DNA of 64,000 nucleotides, from positions 1,217-65,216 of the forward strand of contig JBIOEA010000008.1 of the NCBI GenBank assembly GCA_044445605.1, written 5' to 3'. This document shows, piece by piece, positions 30,963-44,916 of this stretch. Position 1 is the first letter of the stretch. Each line of letters begins with the position of its first letter. A program made the position numbers and the translations under genes. The DNA comes from Gammaproteobacteria bacterium. Lineage in GTDB: Bacteria; Pseudomonadota; Gammaproteobacteria; JABCZS01. Below the pieces are notes generated by a model that made no database searches, was not told the origin of the DNA, and saw only the letters and a program-made list of their open reading frames with translations.

Positions 30963-33059
30963 TTAGGACGCACGTCCCTCAACTACTTTAGCCGCTACGT
31001 TCGCAGGTGCTTCACGATACATCGCAAATTCCATGACGTAGGTAGCACGACCTTGGCTCATAGAACGAAGATCTGTAGCATACCCAAACATTTCAGACAG
31101 AGGCACTTCTACACGAATGGCTCTTCCTGTAGGTGTCTCATCCATACCTTGAACAATACCGCGACGTCGGCTCAAATCGCCCATCACATCACCAACATAC
31201 TCTTCAGGAGTAACGACTTCAACTTTCATAATAGGTTCGAGCAGTACCGCACCGGCCTTTCTCGCCCCTTCCTTGAAGCCCATCGATCCTGCAATCTTAA
31301 ACGCCATTTCACTGGAATCCACGTCATGGTACGAACCGTCAAACAATGTGACCTTCACATCCACTACGGGGTAACCAGCGATAACACCGTTTTGCATTTG
31401 CTCTTGAATGCCCTTGTCAACTGGTCCGACGTATTCCTTAGGAACCGCACCACCAACAATCTCATTCACAAATTCATAACCTTTACCAGGCTCTTGTGGC
31501 TCAATACGTAACCATACATGGCCGTACTGACCGCGTCCGCCTGACTGACGAACGAATTTGCCTTCTTGCTCCACTTTCTTACGTACTGTTTCACGGTACG
31601 CAACTTCAGGGCTACCTACGTTAGCTTCCACCTGGAACTCACGCTTCATACGGTCAACAATGATTTCAAGGTGCAATTCGCCCATCCCGGAAATAATCGT
31701 TTGGCCGGATTCTTCGTCCGTATGTACACGGAAAGAAGGATCTTCTTGTGCCAGACGACCCAAAGCGAGCCCCATCTTCTCTTGGTCAGCCTTAGTTTTA
31801 GGCTCAACCGCAATCGAAATAACGGGTTCAGGGAAATCCATCTTCTCAAGGGTAATAACCTTGTCGAGGTCGGACAGTGTATCACCTGTTGTCGTAGATT
31901 TCAAACCTACTGCAGCACCGATATCGCCTGCGCGGATTTCTTTGATTTCTTCACGAGCGTTAGCATGCATCTGAAGGATACGGCCCACACGCTCTTTCTT
32001 GCCCTTACCAGGGTTATAAACGGTATCGCCACCTTTTAACACACCCGAGTAAACCCGGAAATACGTCAAGTTACCTACGTAAGGGTCAGTAGCAATCTTA
32101 AATGCCAAGGCAGAGAAAGGAGCTTCATCATTTGGCTCACGGAGAACTTCTTCACCGTCTTCATCTTCACCAACCATCGGCGGCACGTCTGTAGGTGCAG
32201 GCAAATAATCCAATACACCATCCAGAACTGCTTGTACGCCCTTGTTTTTAAAGGCGCTTCCACAGAATACAGGCACAATTTCACCCTTCAAGACTTGCTG
32301 ACGAATACCAAATTTGATTTCGTCTTCTGTCAAAGCGCCTTCTTCTAGGTACTTATTCATGAGTTCTTCAGAAGCTTCAGCAGCAGTTTCAACCAGCTTC
32401 TCATGATATTCATTCGCTTGCTCTTGGTATTGCGGAGCAATATCTTTGTATTCGAACTTAGTACCACGCGTCGCATCATCCCAGTAGATGCTCTTCATTT
32501 TCACCAAGTCGATCACGCCTTCGAATGCTTCTTCCGCACCAATTGGCAACTGCATCACAACAACTTTTGCGCCCAAACGTTGACGCATTTGGCCAACCAC
32601 ACGCAAGAAATTAGCACCCTGTCTGTCCATTTTATTAACAAATGCAATACGTGGTACATGATACTTATTCGCTTGACGCCAAACTGTTTCAGATTGCGGC
32701 TCAACCCCACCCACTGCACAGAACACAGCAACAGCACCATCGAGTACGCGTAAGGAGCGTTCTACTTCAATCGTGAAGTCTACGTGTCCGGGTGTATCAA
32801 TGATATTGATACGATGTTGTGGACGTTTACCATCCATACCTGGCCAGAAACATGTTGTTGCTGCAGAGGTAATGGTAATACCACGTTCGCGTTCTTGTTC
32901 CATCCAGTCCATGGTTGCTGCGCCTTCATGCACTTCACCCATTTTGTAGTTTTTGCCGGTGTAGAACAAAATACGTTCGGTCGTTGTCGTCTTACCCGCG
33001 TCAATATGGGCCATGATGCCTATATTGCGGTACAGTTCAATTGGAGTCTCTCTAGCCAC
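30963..33059 (-). CDS. fusA: elongation factor G
   Basis: 698 aa; [16 protein letters not shown]-domain motif. Confidence 0.97.
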   Translation of the reverse strand: MARETPIELYRNIGIMAHIDAGKTTTTERILFYTGKNYKMGEVHEGAATMDWMEQERERGITITSAATTCFWPGMDGKRPQHRINIIDTPGHVDFTIEVERSLRVLDGAVAVFCAVGGVEPQSETVWRQANKYHVPRIAFVNKMDRQGANFLRVVGQMRQRLGAKVVVMQLPIGAEEAFEGVIDLVKMKSIYWDDATRGTKFEYKDIAPQYQEQANEYHEKLVETAAEASEELMNKYLEEGALTEDEIKFGIRQQVLKGEIVPVFCGSAFKNKGVQAVLDGVLDYLPAPTDVPPMVGEDEDGEEVLREPNDEAPFSALAFKIATDPYVGNLTYFRVYSGVLKGGDTVYNPGKGKKERVGRILQMHANAREEIKEIRAGDIGAAVGLKSTTTGDTLSDLDKVITLEKMDFPEPVISIAVEPKTKADQEKMGLALGRLAQEDPSFRVHTDEESGQTIISGMGELHLEIIVDRMKREFQVEANVGSPEVAYRETVRKKVEQEGKFVRQSGGRGQYGHVWLRIEPQEPGKGYEFVNEIVGGAVPKEYVGPVDKGIQEQMQNGVIAGYPVVDVKVTLFDGSYHDVDSSEMAFKIAGSMGFKEGARKAGAVLLEPIMKVEVVTPEEYVGDVMGDLSRRRGIVQGMDETPTGRAIRVEVPLSEMFGYATDLRSMSQGRATYVMEFAMYREAPANVAAKVVEGRAS

Positions 33060-33077
33060 GGCTATTTCCTTTTAAAA

Positions 33078-33557
33078 TTAACTTTGAACAGAAGCGAAAT
33101 GCGCAAATGCTTGGTTAGCATCAGCCATTTTCTTCGTATCAATGCACTTCTTGACCGCTTCGCCGCGACCTTCCAAGGCGTCCATTAATTCGCCTACCAA
33201 TTGCAAAATCATACCCTTTTCAGAACGTTTTGCAGCAGACTCTTTCAACCAACGCATGGCCAATGCCAATTGACGTTCGTCCTTAACGGGAACAGGCACT
33301 TGGTATGTTGCACCGCCCACACGACGTGAACGCACTTCAACATATGGACGCACTTTATCAATCACTGTTTCAAAAACATCCACCGGTGTAATACGTGCTT
33401 TTTCAGACACGCGTTCTAGCGCGGTGTACACAATACGACGGGCCAACGACTTTTTGCCGGAAGACATGATCACATTGATGAACTTCTCGATCAACTGGCT
33501 GTTGTACTTAATATCTGGCGTTACTGGCCTTTTTTTAATCACACGACGTCTTGACAT
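33078..33557 (-). CDS. rpsG: 30S ribosomal protein S7
   Basis: 159 aa; [12 protein letters not shown]...[15 protein letters not shown]. Confidence 0.95.
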   Translation of the reverse strand: MSRRRVIKKRPVTPDIKYNSQLIEKFINVIMSSGKKSLARRIVYTALERVSEKARITPVDVFETVIDKVRPYVEVRSRRVGGATYQVPVPVKDERQLALAMRWLKESAAKRSEKGMILQLVGELMDALEGRGEAVKKCIDTKKMADANQAFAHFASVQS

Positions 33558-33583
33558 AATTCGCTCGCACCTATAAAAAATAA

Positions 33584-33979
33584 TTAACGTTTATCTTGCT
33601 TGTCTTTCGGACGATCTGTTCCATACTTAGAACGACCTTGTAAACGTCCGTTCACACCGCTGGCATCCAATGTGCCGCGCACAATGTGATAACGCACACC
33701 GGGCAAATCGGGAACGCGACCGCCGCGCACAAGAACCACGCTGTGTTCTTGCAGGTTGTGGCCTTCACCACCGATGTAGGCAGTGATTTCATGCCCGTTG
33801 CTTAACATGACACGAGCGACTTTACGCAAGGCCGAGTTAGGCTTTTTAGGGGTCACGGTGTATACACGTGTGCATACGCCACGGCGCTGAGGACAGGAAG
33901 CCAATGCTGGCGTATCTGTCTTATCGCTGACGGCACGACGCCCTTTCTTAGAACTCATTAATCTATTTACAGATTTCAT
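33584..33979 (-). CDS. rpsL: 30S ribosomal protein S12
   Basis: Start refined to the ATG at 33979 (GGAGAG RBS 9 nt upstream). [26 protein letters not shown]-terminal extension relative to E. coli. Confidence 0.93.
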   Translation of the reverse strand: MKSVNRLMSSKKGRRAVSDKTDTPALASCPQRRGVCTRVYTVTPKKPNSALRKVARVMLSNGHEITAYIGGEGHNLQEHSVVLVRGGRVPDLPGVRYHIVRGTLDASGVNGRLQGRSKYGTDRPKDKQDKR

Positions 33980-34121
33980 ACTCACTTACTCTCCACACGA
34001 ATTGCGTGTCGCTCAAAATACATGCAATCTTCCAACAAGAAGCGTGATTCTATAAAGCTTCGTGCCCCGCGTCAAGCTTTTTCTGCGCTAAAACCGCGTG
34101 TTACGAAGCTTTTATATAGAA

Positions 34122-37100
34122 TTAGCCCGCCTCACCTGAGTTAAATACCTCACTAATAGCCGATTGCAGCTCTTCAGCTGACCGATCTGGCTCTACCACA
34201 GCTACCTTACGGCGAGCTGAGTGGTACGCCAGGCCTGTTCCACCAGGAATCAAGCGGCCTACAATGACGTTTTCCTTCAAGCCTCTCAGACGGTCACGTT
34301 TGCCTGAAACCGAAGCCTCAGTCAATACACGTGTCGTTTCTTGGAACGAAGCCGCAGAAATAAACGATTCCGTTGCCAAGGAGGCCTTTGTAATACCTAA
34401 TAGGACAGGCTCATATACTGCTGGCATTTTCCCTTCTTTTTCAAGGGCTTTGTTCGCATCGATAACCGTGAAGACCTCTACTTGTTCCCCTTCTAGGAAG
34501 TTAGAGTCGCCTCGGCTCAAAATGTTTGCCTTACGCAGCATTTGACGCACTATTACTTCAATATGCTTATCATTAATCTTTACGCCCTGAAGACGGTAAA
34601 CGTCCTGTACTTCATTGACGATAAAGTTCGTGAGCGCGTTAACCCCTTGTAGCCTCAAGATATCATGAGGATTAGGAGCACCGTCCGCAATCACTTCACC
34701 CTTCTCGACTGTTTCCCCTTCGAATACAGTCACATGGCGCCATTTAGGAATCAATTCCTCGTGGACCACGTTATCAGGACCGGTAATCGTCAAGCGACGT
34801 TTACCCTTGGTTTCTTTACCAAAGCTTACGATACCCGAGATTTCTGCCAAAATAGCAGGTTCTTTGGGCTTACGCGCTTCGAATAGGTCAGCCACGCGTG
34901 GCAAGCCCCCGGTGATATCGCGGGTCTTTGAGGTTTCTTGCGGAATACGCGCAATAACATCACCCACCTTCACGTCAGAGCCATCGCTCAGCGTGATGAT
35001 AGCGCCAGAAGGCAAGAAGTAGTGAGCAGGTAATGCCGCACCCGACAAGAGCAAGTCATTGCCCTTCTCGTCCACCAGCTTCACGAGAGGACGTAATTCA
35101 CGTCCGCTGCTCGAGCGCTGCTTGGAGTCGGTGACCACAATATTGCTCAAACCGGTCATGTCATCTGTTTGTTGACGGCATGTCACACCTTCGATCAAAT
35201 CTACGCACTGGATACGTCCAGCTACTTCACAGATGATCGGATGGGTATGCGGATCCCAGGTTGCAATGATTTGGCCTGCTTCCACTTTGTCTTCGTTACG
35301 AACAGTCAGTTCAGCACCGTATGGTACTTTATAACGTTCACGTTCATGACCCTTAGGGTCCAATACGGTGATTTCACCCGAACGTGACACAACGACTGAT
35401 TTACCATCAGCACGGTTCAATAATTTCAAGTTATGCAGTTTCACAGAACCTGTGTTTTTAACCTGTACTTGGTTAACAGTAATGGTACGTGATGCCGCGC
35501 CCCCGATGTGGAACGTTCTCATGGTGAGCTGTGTACCAGGTTCACCGATGGACTGGGCTGCAATAACCCCTACCGCTTCACCCATGTTCACTAAGTGTCC
35601 ACGAGCTAGGTCACGACCGTAACATTTCGCACAAATGCCGTACTGTGTTTCACAGGTAATCGGTGAACGTGTATACACGTCATGGATACCTTCTGCCTCG
35701 AATTGCGCAGCCATCACTTCATTTACGAAATCACCGGACTGAGCCAAGAATGCACCTGTAATCGGATCCTTAACGTCTTGTACCAAGAAGCGCCCAATCA
35801 CACGTTCACGCAAGGATTCAACCACATCACCACCCTGAATAAGGGAAGAAATACGGATGCCTTGATTTGTGCCGCAATCGACTTCGGTGACAACCATATC
35901 TTGTGATACGTCAACGAGACGACGTGTTAGGTAACCCGAGTTCGCTGTCTTCAATGCAGTATCAGCAAGACCTTTCCGCGCACCGTGGGTAGAAATGAAG
36001 TACTGGAGTACGTTCAACCCTTCACGGAAGTTCGCCGTAATCGGTGTTTCGATGATCGAACCGTCTGGTTTAGCCATCAATCCGCGCATACCTGCCAACT
36101 GACGAATCTGTGCAGCACTACCCCGTGCGCCGGAATCTGCCATGATGTATACAGAGTTGAACGATTCTTGTTCAACAGTATCACCGTGACGATCAACAAC
36201 CATCTCTTTCGAGAGCTTGCTCATCATAGCCTTCGCTACACGATCATTGGTACGTGCCCAAATATCGATAACTTTATTGTAGCGTTCACCGAATGTTACT
36301 AAACCGGACACGTATTGTGCTTCGATTTCTTTCACTTCCGCTTCCGCCTGAGCAATAATGTCTGCCTTTGAATCAGGAATCACTAGATCCACGATAGCAA
36401 TGGATGCACCCGAACGCATGGCGTAATAGAAGCCCATGTACATCAATTGATCAGCAAAAATAACTGTTTCTTTCAAGCCAACATTTTGGTAGCAAGACAT
36501 GATCAATCCAGAAATGGACTTCTTGTTCATTGTCTTGTTAATGTCTTCGAACAACATGCCTTCAGGCAAGATTTCGAGCAACATAATACGACCGACAGTG
36601 GTTTCCACCAACTTAACTTTTTTCGGATCGCCACCATGTTCTAAACGATGCATTGGCAAACGCACTTTAATGCGTGCATGTAGGCCAACAAATTTGTTCT
36701 CATAAGCACGATGCACTTCCGTTGTGTCGGCAAAAATCATGCCTTCACCCTTGTCGTTAATGCGATCACGCGTCATGTAGTAAATGCCCAAGACGATATC
36801 TTGTGAAGGAACAATGATTGGCTCGCCGTTTGCAGGAGACAATATGTTGTTCGTCGACATCATCAAGGTACGTGCTTCGATCTGTGCTTCGATCGTTAAT
36901 GGCACGTGAACAGCCATTTGGTCACCGTCGAAGTCCGCGTTAAATGCGGCGCAAACCAACGGATGCAATTGAATGGCCTTACCTTCAATCAGGATAGGTT
37001 CAAATGCTTGAATACCCAAGCGGTGAAGCGTTGGCGCACGGTTCAAGAGCACGGGATGTTCGCGAATAACGCTTTCCAAAATATCCCAGACTTCTGGACC

Positions 37101-38303
37101 TTCGCGTTCAACCATCTTCTTCGCCGCTTTGATCGTCGTGGCTAAGCCCAAACGCTCTAAACGGTTAAATATGAATGGCTTGAACAACTCCAATGCCATT
37201 TTCTTTGGCAAACCACATTGGTGCAGACGTAATGTCGGACCCACCACAATAACCGAACGGCCAGAGTAGTCAACGCGTTTACCCAGTAAGTTTTGACGGA
37301 AACGACCTTGTTTACCTTTGATCATGTCGGCCAAAGATTTCAACGGACGCTTGTTGCTGCCCGTGATGGCACGGCCACGACGGCCATTATCTAATAGAGC
37401 ATCTACCGCTTCTTGCAACATACGCTTTTCATTGCGTACGATGATATCAGGTGCGTTCAGATCCAATAAACGTTTTAAACGGTTATTACGGTTCAATACG
37501 CGGCGGTATAAATCATTTAAATCGGATGTAGCAAAACGGCCACCATCCAATGGAACCAAAGGACGAAGATCCGGTGGCAAAACTGGCAATACTTCCAGAA
37601 TCATCCACTCAGGCTTGTTCCCTGAAGTGTCGAAGGCTTCCATGAGCTTCAATCGTTTTGCGAACTTCTTGTATTTCGTGTCTGATCCCGTTTCCGCGAT
37701 CGCTTCACGCAATAACTTGATTTCTTCTTTCACATCAATAGCGCGCAATAATTGGCGAATGGCGCCTGCACCCATGTCTGCTTCGAAATCATCGCCGAAT
37801 TGTTCGCGTGCTTCGAGATAAGCTTCATCAGTTAAGATTTGGCCACGTTCAAGCGACGTCATACCTGGTTCGATAACCACGTAGGCTTCGAAGTACAAAA
37901 TACGTTCGATGTCACGCAACGTCATATCTAGCAGCAAGCCAATACGTGAAGGCAAAGACTTCAGGTACCAAATGTGTGCAACGGGCGAAGCCAGTTCAAT
38001 ATGGCCCATGCGTTCACGACGCACTTTCGCCAAGGTGACTTCCACACCACACTTCTCGCAGACAATCCCACGATGTTTCAAACGCTTGTATTTACCACAC
38101 AAGCATTCGTAATCTTTAACGGGACCAAAGATCTTCGCGCAGAACAAACCATCACGCTCAGGTTTGAACGTGCGGTAGTTGATGGTTTCAGGCTTCTTTA
38201 CTTCGCCATGAGACCAGGAACGAATTTCAACATCAGATGCAAGTTTGATTTGCACGATATCGAATTCATCATTACTTATCTCTTCTCTAGAAAGACTAAA
38301 CAT
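34122..38303 (-). CDS. rpoC: DNA-directed RNA polymerase subunit beta'
   Basis: Start refined to [15 protein letters not shown] (ATG at 38303, GGAG RBS, 78 nt after rpoB). It carries the Zn-binding CxxC motifs and the NADFDGD motif. Confidence 0.95.
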   Translation of the reverse strand: MFSLSREEISNDEFDIVQIKLASDVEIRSWSHGEVKKPETINYRTFKPERDGLFCAKIFGPVKDYECLCGKYKRLKHRGIVCEKCGVEVTLAKVRRERMGHIELASPVAHIWYLKSLPSRIGLLLDMTLRDIERILYFEAYVVIEPGMTSLERGQILTDEAYLEAREQFGDDFEADMGAGAIRQLLRAIDVKEEIKLLREAIAETGSDTKYKKFAKRLKLMEAFDTSGNKPEWMILEVLPVLPPDLRPLVPLDGGRFATSDLNDLYRRVLNRNNRLKRLLDLNAPDIIVRNEKRMLQEAVDALLDNGRRGRAITGSNKRPLKSLADMIKGKQGRFRQNLLGKRVDYSGRSVIVVGPTLRLHQCGLPKKMALELFKPFIFNRLERLGLATTIKAAKKMVEREGPEVWDILESVIREHPVLLNRAPTLHRLGIQAFEPILIEGKAIQLHPLVCAAFNADFDGDQMAVHVPLTIEAQIEARTLMMSTNNILSPANGEPIIVPSQDIVLGIYYMTRDRINDKGEGMIFADTTEVHRAYENKFVGLHARIKVRLPMHRLEHGGDPKKVKLVETTVGRIMLLEILPEGMLFEDINKTMNKKSISGLIMSCYQNVGLKETVIFADQLMYMGFYYAMRSGASIAIVDLVIPDSKADIIAQAEAEVKEIEAQYVSGLVTFGERYNKVIDIWARTNDRVAKAMMSKLSKEMVVDRHGDTVEQESFNSVYIMADSGARGSAAQIRQLAGMRGLMAKPDGSIIETPITANFREGLNVLQYFISTHGARKGLADTALKTANSGYLTRRLVDVSQDMVVTEVDCGTNQGIRISSLIQGGDVVESLRERVIGRFLVQDVKDPITGAFLAQSGDFVNEVMAAQFEAEGIHDVYTRSPITCETQYGICAKCYGRDLARGHLVNMGEAVGVIAAQSIGEPGTQLTMRTFHIGGAASRTITVNQVQVKNTGSVKLHNLKLLNRADGKSVVVSRSGEITVLDPKGHERERYKVPYGAELTVRNEDKVEAGQIIATWDPHTHPIICEVAGRIQCVDLIEGVTCRQQTDDMTGLSNIVVTDSKQRSSSGRELRPLVKLVDEKGNDLLLSGAALPAHYFLPSGAIITLSDGSDVKVGDVIARIPQETSKTRDITGGLPRVADLFEARKPKEPAILAEISGIVSFGKETKGKRRLTITGPDNVVHEELIPKWRHVTVFEGETVEKGEVIADGAPNPHDILRLQGVNALTNFIVNEVQDVYRLQGVKINDKHIEVIVRQMLRKANILSRGDSNFLEGEQVEVFTVIDANKALEKEGKMPAVYEPVLLGITKASLATESFISAASFQETTRVLTEASVSGKRDRLRGLKENVIVGRLIPGGTGLAYHSARRKVAVVEPDRSAEELQSAISEVFNSGEAG

Positions 38304-38381
38304 GGGCGCTCCACTGAGTGTATCTCTGAGGACATCGGATTTATTAAACAAGGTAAAATCTCCCAACAGCTCGATTAACCG

Positions 38382-41300
38382 CTACTCTTTCTCAAGATCA
38401 ATGCTGATAGCAAGAGAACGAATTTCTTTAATCAACACATTGAAAGATTCCGGCATGCCGGCTTCCATACGGTGATCCCCATCGACGATATTTTTGTACA
38501 TCTTCGTACGTCCAGCGACGTCATCCGACTTAACCGTCAACATTTCTTGCAGGGTATAGGCGGCACCATAAGCTTGCAGTGCCCAGACTTCCATTTCCCC
38601 AAAACGCTGGCCACCAAACTGTGCTTTACCACCGAGCGGTTGCTGCGTCACCAGACTGTATGAACCTGTTGAACGTGCATGCATCTTGTCATCCACCAAA
38701 TGGTGCAGCTTCAAAATGTACATGTAACCCACGGTCACCGGTCTATCAAATAGATCGCCTGAACGGCCATCAACGAGGTTGATCTTACCGCTCTCAGGCA
38801 AGCCCGCCATCCGCAATAATTCACGGATTTGCGCTTCGTTTGCTCCGTCGAATACCGGCGTTGCCATCGGCACACCACCACGGAGATTGTTCGAAAGACG
38901 CAATACTTGATCATCAGACAACTCGTCGATAATTCCTTTCTGCGTGCCGCCTAAGTTGTAAATCTTATTCAAGAATTGACGTATTTCAGCCACTTCCCGT
39001 TGTGCATCAAGCATATCGGAAATCTTTTGACCCAAGCCTTTCGCTGCCCAACCTAGATGGGTTTCCAGCAACTGGCCGACGTTCATCCGCGAGGGAACGC
39101 CCAGTGGGTTCAATACGATATCCACAGGTGTGCCATCTTCAAGGTATGGCATGTCTTCGACAGGCATGATCTTCGAGATAACACCCTTGTTACCGTGACG
39201 ACCTGCCATCTTATCACCTGGCTGAATACGACGATTCACTGCCATGTAGACTTTAACAATCTTTAATACGCCTGGAGACAAATCATCGCTTTGCGTGATC
39301 TTTTTACGTTTTTCTTCAAAACGTGCATCGTAGGCATCACGCTCTTGTTTGAGCTGTGCTTTCAACGATTCCAGATCGCGGTTAGCGTCGTCATTCCGCA
39401 AACGAATTTCAAACCACTTCATGCGTGGTAGATCCAACAAGTACTCTTCAGTAACTTTGCTGCCCGCCTTCAACGCCTTAGGTCCGCCTTCGGCAACCTT
39501 ATTCGTCAACAACTTCAAGATCCGTTGATAAATACCATCTTCTAAAATACGGTATTCATCTTGCAAGTCTTTACGGACTTTCTCTACTTCGGCTTCTTCA
39601 ATCGCAGCTGCGCGAGGACCTTTGTCCACGCCATCACGTGTGAAGACTTGTACGTCAATAACCGTACCATTCATGCCCGTAGGTACGCGCAATGAAGTGT
39701 CTTTCACGTCAGATGCTTTTTCACCGAAAATAGCACGCAATAATTTTTCTTCAGGTGTCAGCTGTGTTTCACCCTTTGGTGTCACTTTACCAACCAGAAT
39801 ATCCCCGGCCTTCACTTTAGCGCCAATGTAAACAATACCTGCTTCATCCAATTTGGATAATGCTGATTCGCCTACGTTAGGAATATCACCTGTGATTTCT
39901 TCAGGTCCTAATTTCGTATCACGTGCGATACAAGAAAGCTCTTCGATGTGAATCGATGTAAAGCGATCTTCTTCTACAACACGCTCAGAGATCAGGATCG
40001 AGTCTTCAAAGTTGTAACCGTTCCAAGGCATGAACGCGACCAACAAGTTTTGGCCCAGTGCCAATTCACCCATGTCAGTAGCAGACGCATCTGCTAACAC
40101 GTCACCCTTTGCAATCACATCGCCAGGAACCACTAATGGACGCTGATTAATTGATGTGTTTTGGTTAGAACGTTTGTATTTCACTAAATTGTATATGTCT
40201 ACGCCAGCTTCACCAGGACGTGTTTCATTTTCATTCACACGTACTACGATGCGCGCTGCGTCAACTGCATCAACAATACCACCGCGTTTTGCAACAGCAG
40301 TCGCACCAGAGTCAATGGCAACCAAACGCTCTAAACCTGTACCAACGAGAGGTTTATCCGCTCTCAAGGTAGGTACTGCTTGGCGTTGCATGTTTGAACC
40401 CATCAATGCACGGTTAGCATCGTCGTGTTCTAAGAAAGGAATCAACGAGGCAGCAACCGACACGATCTGACGTGGCGACACGTCCATATAATTAATCTTG
40501 TCTGGTGTTGCCAATGCAAATTCATTTTTGTAACGGCAAGGGACTAAATCATCTAACAGACGACCTTTACTATCAACGCGAGCATTAGCTTGAGCGATGT
40601 AATATTGGCTTTCGTCAATGGCTGATAAATAGTCGACTGTGTCTGTTACAACGCTGTTAGTGACGCGACGGCAAGGCGTTTCAATGAAGCCATACTTGTT
40701 CGTACGTGCAAAAACAGACAGCGAGTTAATCAAACCGATGTTTGGACCTTCAGGCGTTTCAATAGGACATACACGACCGTAGTGGGTAGCATGCACGTCA
40801 CGTACTTCAAAGCTTGCACGTTCACGTGTCAAACCGCCTGGTCCAAGTGCCGAAACGCGACGTTTGTGCGTGATTTCAGACAATGGGTTGTTTTGATCCA
40901 TGAATTGTGACAATTGGCTTGAACCAAAGAATTCTTTGATCGCCGCAGAAACAGGTTTTGCGTTGATCAAATCTTGTGGCATGCTGCCTTCTGTGTCGGC
41001 AAGACCTAAACGTTCTTTTACTGCACGTTCAACACGTACAAGACCAACACGGAATTGATTTTCAACCAACTCACCTACGCAACGCACACGACGGTTACCT
41101 AAATGATCGATATCGTCGATTTCACCTTTACCATCACGTGTATTAATTAATACACGCATTGCTTCAATGATGTCTTCCTTGGTTAATACACCAGGACCAT
41201 CGTCATTTTGGCGACCAACGCGACGATTAAACTTCATGCGGCCTACTGGCGATAAATCATAACGATCTGCTGCAAAGAACAGGCTATGGAATAACGCTTC

Positions 41301-42476
41301 AGCAGCATCTTTTGTCGGTGGCTCACCAGGACGCATCATACGGTAGATTTCAACCAAAGCTTCCAAGGAAGTCTTGCAGGTATCAACACGCAGTGTGTCA
41401 GAGATATAAGGTCCACGATCTAAATCGTTGGTATCCAAAATATCAACGCTCTTCACATTAGCTGTCTGCAGCTTCTTGATCAGATCTGCGGTGATTTCTG
41501 TGTTCGCTTCCGCAATCACTTCACCTGATTCTGTGTCCACCACTGTTTTGGCCAATGACTTCTCAAGCAAAGCATCAAATGGCACTTCCAGTGTGGTAAT
41601 ACCCGCTTTTTCAATTTGTTTGATGTGGCGCGATGTAAAACGACGGCCCGCTTCAACAATCACTTCGCCTGCTTTATCGCAAACATCCGCAATCGCCGTC
41701 TCACCTCTTAACCGCTCGGGGGTCAAGGTCATGGTGAGATTATCGTTATTCAGCTTGAAATGTACTGTATCAAAGAACAATGCCAGAATTTCGTCTGTGT
41801 TCAGACCCATTGCACGCAACAAAATGGTCGCAGGCAATTTACGGCGTCTATCGATACGAACATATAAACAATCTTTGGGATCGAATTCAAAATCTAACCA
41901 AGATCCACGGTAAGGAATAATGCGTGCAGAATAAAGCAATTTACCCGAGGAGTGGGTCTTGCCTTTATCATGCTCAACAAACAAACCAGGTGAACGTTGC
42001 AATTGGCTAACGATCACGCGCTCTGTACCGTTAATGATGAAAGAACAATTGTCTGTCATCAAGGGTAGTTCACCCATGTAAACTTCTTGCTCACGAATGT
42101 CTTTGATGACCTTCGTGCCAGCAGGTGCATCCTTATCATAAATGATAAGTTGCATTTTGACGCGCAATGGCGAAGCGTATGTCACACCGCGATCGATACA
42201 TTCAGTCACCTCGAATGGAGGTGTTCCTAAACGATAGGACTCATATTTGAGTACAGCATTCCCAGAGAAGCTTTCGATCGGGAAAACGCTATGAAATGCG
42301 CCATGCAAGCCAGCTACACGCCGGTCGGTCATAGGCACATTTGATTGTAGGAAGTCGTTATTATACGAATCGCGTTGGATTTCGAGCAAATTTGGGACTT
42401 CAAGAATATTTTCGATGTCACCGAAATCTTTGCGTATACGACGTATTTCAGTAAATGAAAGTTTCGTGGCGGCCAT
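38382..42476 (-). CDS. rpoB: DNA-directed RNA polymerase subunit beta
   Basis: 1364 aa; full-length similarity to the RpoB family. Confidence 0.97.
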   Translation of the reverse strand: MAATKLSFTEIRRIRKDFGDIENILEVPNLLEIQRDSYNNDFLQSNVPMTDRRVAGLHGAFHSVFPIESFSGNAVLKYESYRLGTPPFEVTECIDRGVTYASPLRVKMQLIIYDKDAPAGTKVIKDIREQEVYMGELPLMTDNCSFIINGTERVIVSQLQRSPGLFVEHDKGKTHSSGKLLYSARIIPYRGSWLDFEFDPKDCLYVRIDRRRKLPATILLRAMGLNTDEILALFFDTVHFKLNNDNLTMTLTPERLRGETAIADVCDKAGEVIVEAGRRFTSRHIKQIEKAGITTLEVPFDALLEKSLAKTVVDTESGEVIAEANTEITADLIKKLQTANVKSVDILDTNDLDRGPYISDTLRVDTCKTSLEALVEIYRMMRPGEPPTKDAAEALFHSLFFAADRYDLSPVGRMKFNRRVGRQNDDGPGVLTKEDIIEAMRVLINTRDGKGEIDDIDHLGNRRVRCVGELVENQFRVGLVRVERAVKERLGLADTEGSMPQDLINAKPVSAAIKEFFGSSQLSQFMDQNNPLSEITHKRRVSALGPGGLTRERASFEVRDVHATHYGRVCPIETPEGPNIGLINSLSVFARTNKYGFIETPCRRVTNSVVTDTVDYLSAIDESQYYIAQANARVDSKGRLLDDLVPCRYKNEFALATPDKINYMDVSPRQIVSVAASLIPFLEHDDANRALMGSNMQRQAVPTLRADKPLVGTGLERLVAIDSGATAVAKRGGIVDAVDAARIVVRVNENETRPGEAGVDIYNLVKYKRSNQNTSINQRPLVVPGDVIAKGDVLADASATDMGELALGQNLLVAFMPWNGYNFEDSILISERVVEEDRFTSIHIEELSCIARDTKLGPEEITGDIPNVGESALSKLDEAGIVYIGAKVKAGDILVGKVTPKGETQLTPEEKLLRAIFGEKASDVKDTSLRVPTGMNGTVIDVQVFTRDGVDKGPRAAAIEEAEVEKVRKDLQDEYRILEDGIYQRILKLLTNKVAEGGPKALKAGSKVTEEYLLDLPRMKWFEIRLRNDDANRDLESLKAQLKQERDAYDARFEEKRKKITQSDDLSPGVLKIVKVYMAVNRRIQPGDKMAGRHGNKGVISKIMPVEDMPYLEDGTPVDIVLNPLGVPSRMNVGQLLETHLGWAAKGLGQKISDMLDAQREVAEIRQFLNKIYNLGGTQKGIIDELSDDQVLRLSNNLRGGVPMATPVFDGANEAQIRELLRMAGLPESGKINLVDGRSGDLFDRPVTVGYMYILKLHHLVDDKMHARSTGSYSLVTQQPLGGKAQFGGQRFGEMEVWALQAYGAAYTLQEMLTVKSDDVAGRTKMYKNIVDGDHRMEAGMPESFNVLIKEIRSLAISIDLEKE

Positions 42477-42565
42477 TGGCAGTCCTCGATGTGATTAATA
42501 CTATCAACCTCTATAAAGCAGTACATTGGCTGGTTTCCCAGCCAATGTTACCGTTTGCAACACTG

Positions 42566-42940
42566 TTACTTAATTTCTACAGTGGCGCCAGCTTCTTCAA
42601 GCTGTTTCTTCAAGCTAGCAGCTTCGTCTTTAGATACACCTTCTTTAACAACAGCAGGTGTAGCTTCAACGAGATCTTTGGCTTCTTTCAAGCCCAAGGT
42701 CGTTACTGTACGGACAACTTTGATAACGCCAACTTTGTTAGCGCCAGCACCTGTCAATACAACATTGAACTCGGTCTTTTCTTCCGCTGGTGCAGCAGCT
42801 GCAGCAGCAGGAGCAGCAGCAGCCACAGGGGCAGCAGCTGTTACACCGAATTTTTCTTCCATATCTTTGATCAATGCGCAAACATCCATAACGCTCATTG
42901 CAGAAATGGCATCTAGAATTTGTTCTCTTGAAACGGCCAT
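42566..42940 (-). CDS. rplL: 50S ribosomal protein L7/L12
   Basis: Start refined to [12 protein letters not shown] (ATG at 42940, GAGGAG RBS). It has an Ala/Pro-rich hinge and the C-terminal domain. Confidence 0.93.
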   Translation of the reverse strand: MAVSREQILDAISAMSVMDVCALIKDMEEKFGVTAAAPVAAAAPAAAAAAPAEEKTEFNVVLTGAGANKVGVIKVVRTVTTLGLKEAKDLVEATPAVVKEGVSKDEAASLKKQLEEAGATVEIK

Positions 42941-42968
42941 AATATCACTCCTCAAAATTAAATTAACA

Positions 42969-43496
42969 TTACACCGAAGCTTTTTGTTCTTGAACAGCGA
43001 CTAATGTCCGCACCAATTTGGTGTTGGGCGCTGCTAAAGTACCAACGAGCTTTTGAATTGGCGCTTTCATGACAGACATCAATTGACTGATGGCTTGTAG
43101 CTTGGTTGGCAAGTTTGCGACTTCGCCTAAGCGTTCCGCAGGAACATGCTGTCCATCTACTGCAATCACAGTCACTTTGACGCGGTCATTCACTTTCATG
43201 AAGTCTTTCAAAAGGCGAGCAGGCGCACCTGGATCGTCTTTTGAGAAAGCGAGCACCAACGGTCTCTTTAACAAGCCTTTGATACAATCAAAGCTTGTTC
43301 CGTCCACTGCACGGCGAGCCAGGGTGTTACGAACCACGCGTAAATATACGCCTGATTTGCGAGCTTCTTTCCGTAATCCTGTCATCTGCGACACAGGCAC
43401 ACCTGCGTATTCCGCTGCGACAAGGCTTACTGAACTTTCAGCAACAGCCCTTACATCAGCCACAATGGCTTTTTTGTCTTCCAGTCCTAATGGCAC
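42969..43496 (-). CDS. rplJ: 50S ribosomal protein L10
   Basis: 175 aa; position between rplA and rplL in the rplKAJL cluster. Confidence 0.93.
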   Translation of the reverse strand: MPLGLEDKKAIVADVRAVAESSVSLVAAEYAGVPVSQMTGLRKEARKSGVYLRVVRNTLARRAVDGTSFDCIKGLLKRPLVLAFSKDDPGAPARLLKDFMKVNDRVKVTVIAVDGQHVPAERLGEVANLPTKLQAISQLMSVMKAPIQKLVGTLAAPNTKLVRTLVAVQEQKASV

Positions 43497-43670
43497 TGAA
43501 CTACCTCCTCTATCTCAAAGGTTGAACGAATATTATTCGTCCCTACCTGGTGCTTTGCTAAAAGCGACGGCACCGTCTGCGTGGGCTTACATTAAACATA
43601 GTGTTGCATGCAACCTATGTACCCACGGTCTTTGACGAGTAGCGGTTACCCACTACCACGCCTAAAGTCA
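43497..43670 (-). promoter_or_regulatory. rplJ 5' leader (expected L10(L12)4 autoregulatory leader region)
   Basis: A 174-nt untranslated gap between rplA and rplJ, as in other gammaproteobacteria. It contains a degenerate hairpin-family copy (GAACGAATATTATTCGTCC near 43526). Confidence 0.4.
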
Positions 43671-44369
43671 TTACGCGGATAACGATGACAAGTCGATCGT
43701 TAATCCAGGACCCATTGTCGAAGAAAGGGTTATTTTCTTGATGTAAACGCCCTTCGTTGAAGATGGTTTCAATTTCTTCACTGCGCCTAACAATGCTTCT
43801 AAATTACGAGCAATGTCTTGTGCAGAAAAACTAAGCTTGCCGATGCGTGCCTGTACAATCCCGCCCTTGTCGGTACGGAAACGAACTTGACCCGCTTTAG
43901 CATTCTTCACAGCTGTCGCGACATCAGGTGTTACTGTACCCACTTTGGGGTTAGGCATTAAACCACGTGGGCCTAATACTTGACCTAATTGACCCACGAT
44001 ACGCATCGTATCTGGTGTGGCAATAACAACGTCAAAATCAAGATTACCGCCTTTAATTTTTTCGGCCAGATCTTCAAAACCTACCATGTCAGCGCCCGCT
44101 GCAAGTGCAGCTTTGGCGGCATCGCCCTGAGCAAACACAGCAACACGAACCGTTTGGCCTGTGCCCGCTGGCAACAGAACAGCACCACGAACGCCTTGAT
44201 CCGATTTCTTAGGATCAACGCCGAGCATAATGCCGGCCTCAACCGTTTCATCGAACTTCAATGGTGGTTGAACATTTTGTAGGAAAGCGACAGCATCGAT
44301 GATCGGATACACTGTGCCTGGCTTAAGTTGTGCCTGAATGGCCTTTTTACGCTTGGAAATATGAGCCAT
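43671..44369 (-). CDS. rplA: 50S ribosomal protein L1
   Basis: 232 aa; position between rplK and rplJ in the rplKAJL cluster. Confidence 0.95.
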   Translation of the reverse strand: MAHISKRKKAIQAQLKPGTVYPIIDAVAFLQNVQPPLKFDETVEAGIMLGVDPKKSDQGVRGAVLLPAGTGQTVRVAVFAQGDAAKAALAAGADMVGFEDLAEKIKGGNLDFDVVIATPDTMRIVGQLGQVLGPRGLMPNPKVGTVTPDVATAVKNAKAGQVRFRTDKGGIVQARIGKLSFSAQDIARNLEALLGAVKKLKPSSTKGVYIKKITLSSTMGPGLTIDLSSLSA

Positions 44370-44374
44370 AACTA

Positions 44375-44809
44375 CTACCCTTCTATGTCTGTGTCAACGC
44401 CCATGCTACGCGCAGTGCCCGCAATACTGCGAACGCCGGCCTCTAGGTCTTTGGCGGTTAGGTCAGGTGCTTTCAATGTGGCAATTTCTTCTAATTGCGC
44501 ACGTGAAATAGTACCCACTTTCTCTGTGTTTGGACGGCCACTGCCCTTAGGCAACTTCAATGCGTCTTTAATCAAGAAAGATGCAGGTGGCGTTTTCATC
44601 ACGAAAGTAAAACTACGATCAGAATACACTGTGATCACGACAGGAATTGGCATACCTTTTTTGAAGGTTTGCGTAGCAGCATTAAATGCTTTACAGAATT
44701 CCATGATATTCACACCTTGCTGACCCAATGCAGGACCAATAGGTGGACTTGGATTTGCTTCGCCAGCTTTAATTTGCAGCTTGACGTAAGCTTGTATTTT
44801 CTTTGCCAT
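44375..44809 (-). CDS. rplK: 50S ribosomal protein L11
   Basis: Start refined to [12 protein letters not shown] (ATG at 44809, GGAG RBS); [13 protein letters not shown]. Confidence 0.93.
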   Translation of the reverse strand: MAKKIQAYVKLQIKAGEANPSPPIGPALGQQGVNIMEFCKAFNAATQTFKKGMPIPVVITVYSDRSFTFVMKTPPASFLIKDALKLPKGSGRPNTEKVGTISRAQLEEIATLKAPDLTAKDLEAGVRSIAGTARSMGVDTDIEG

Positions 44810-44916
44810 TTTAGACACTCCAGTTGGGTAGTAACGCCTCTCGGCTCCCCATTTTGCAACATACCCACAACTCTACTACGTTAGCGAGTTACAAGTACGC
44901 TGAACCTCTCTCTATA

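Noticed and set aside
42555-43004. Ala-rich 149-aa plus-strand ORF ([19 protein letters not shown])
   Set aside because: It is antisense to rplL. It is created by the GC-rich Ala-codon run of the L7/L12 hinge and has no RBS or conservation.
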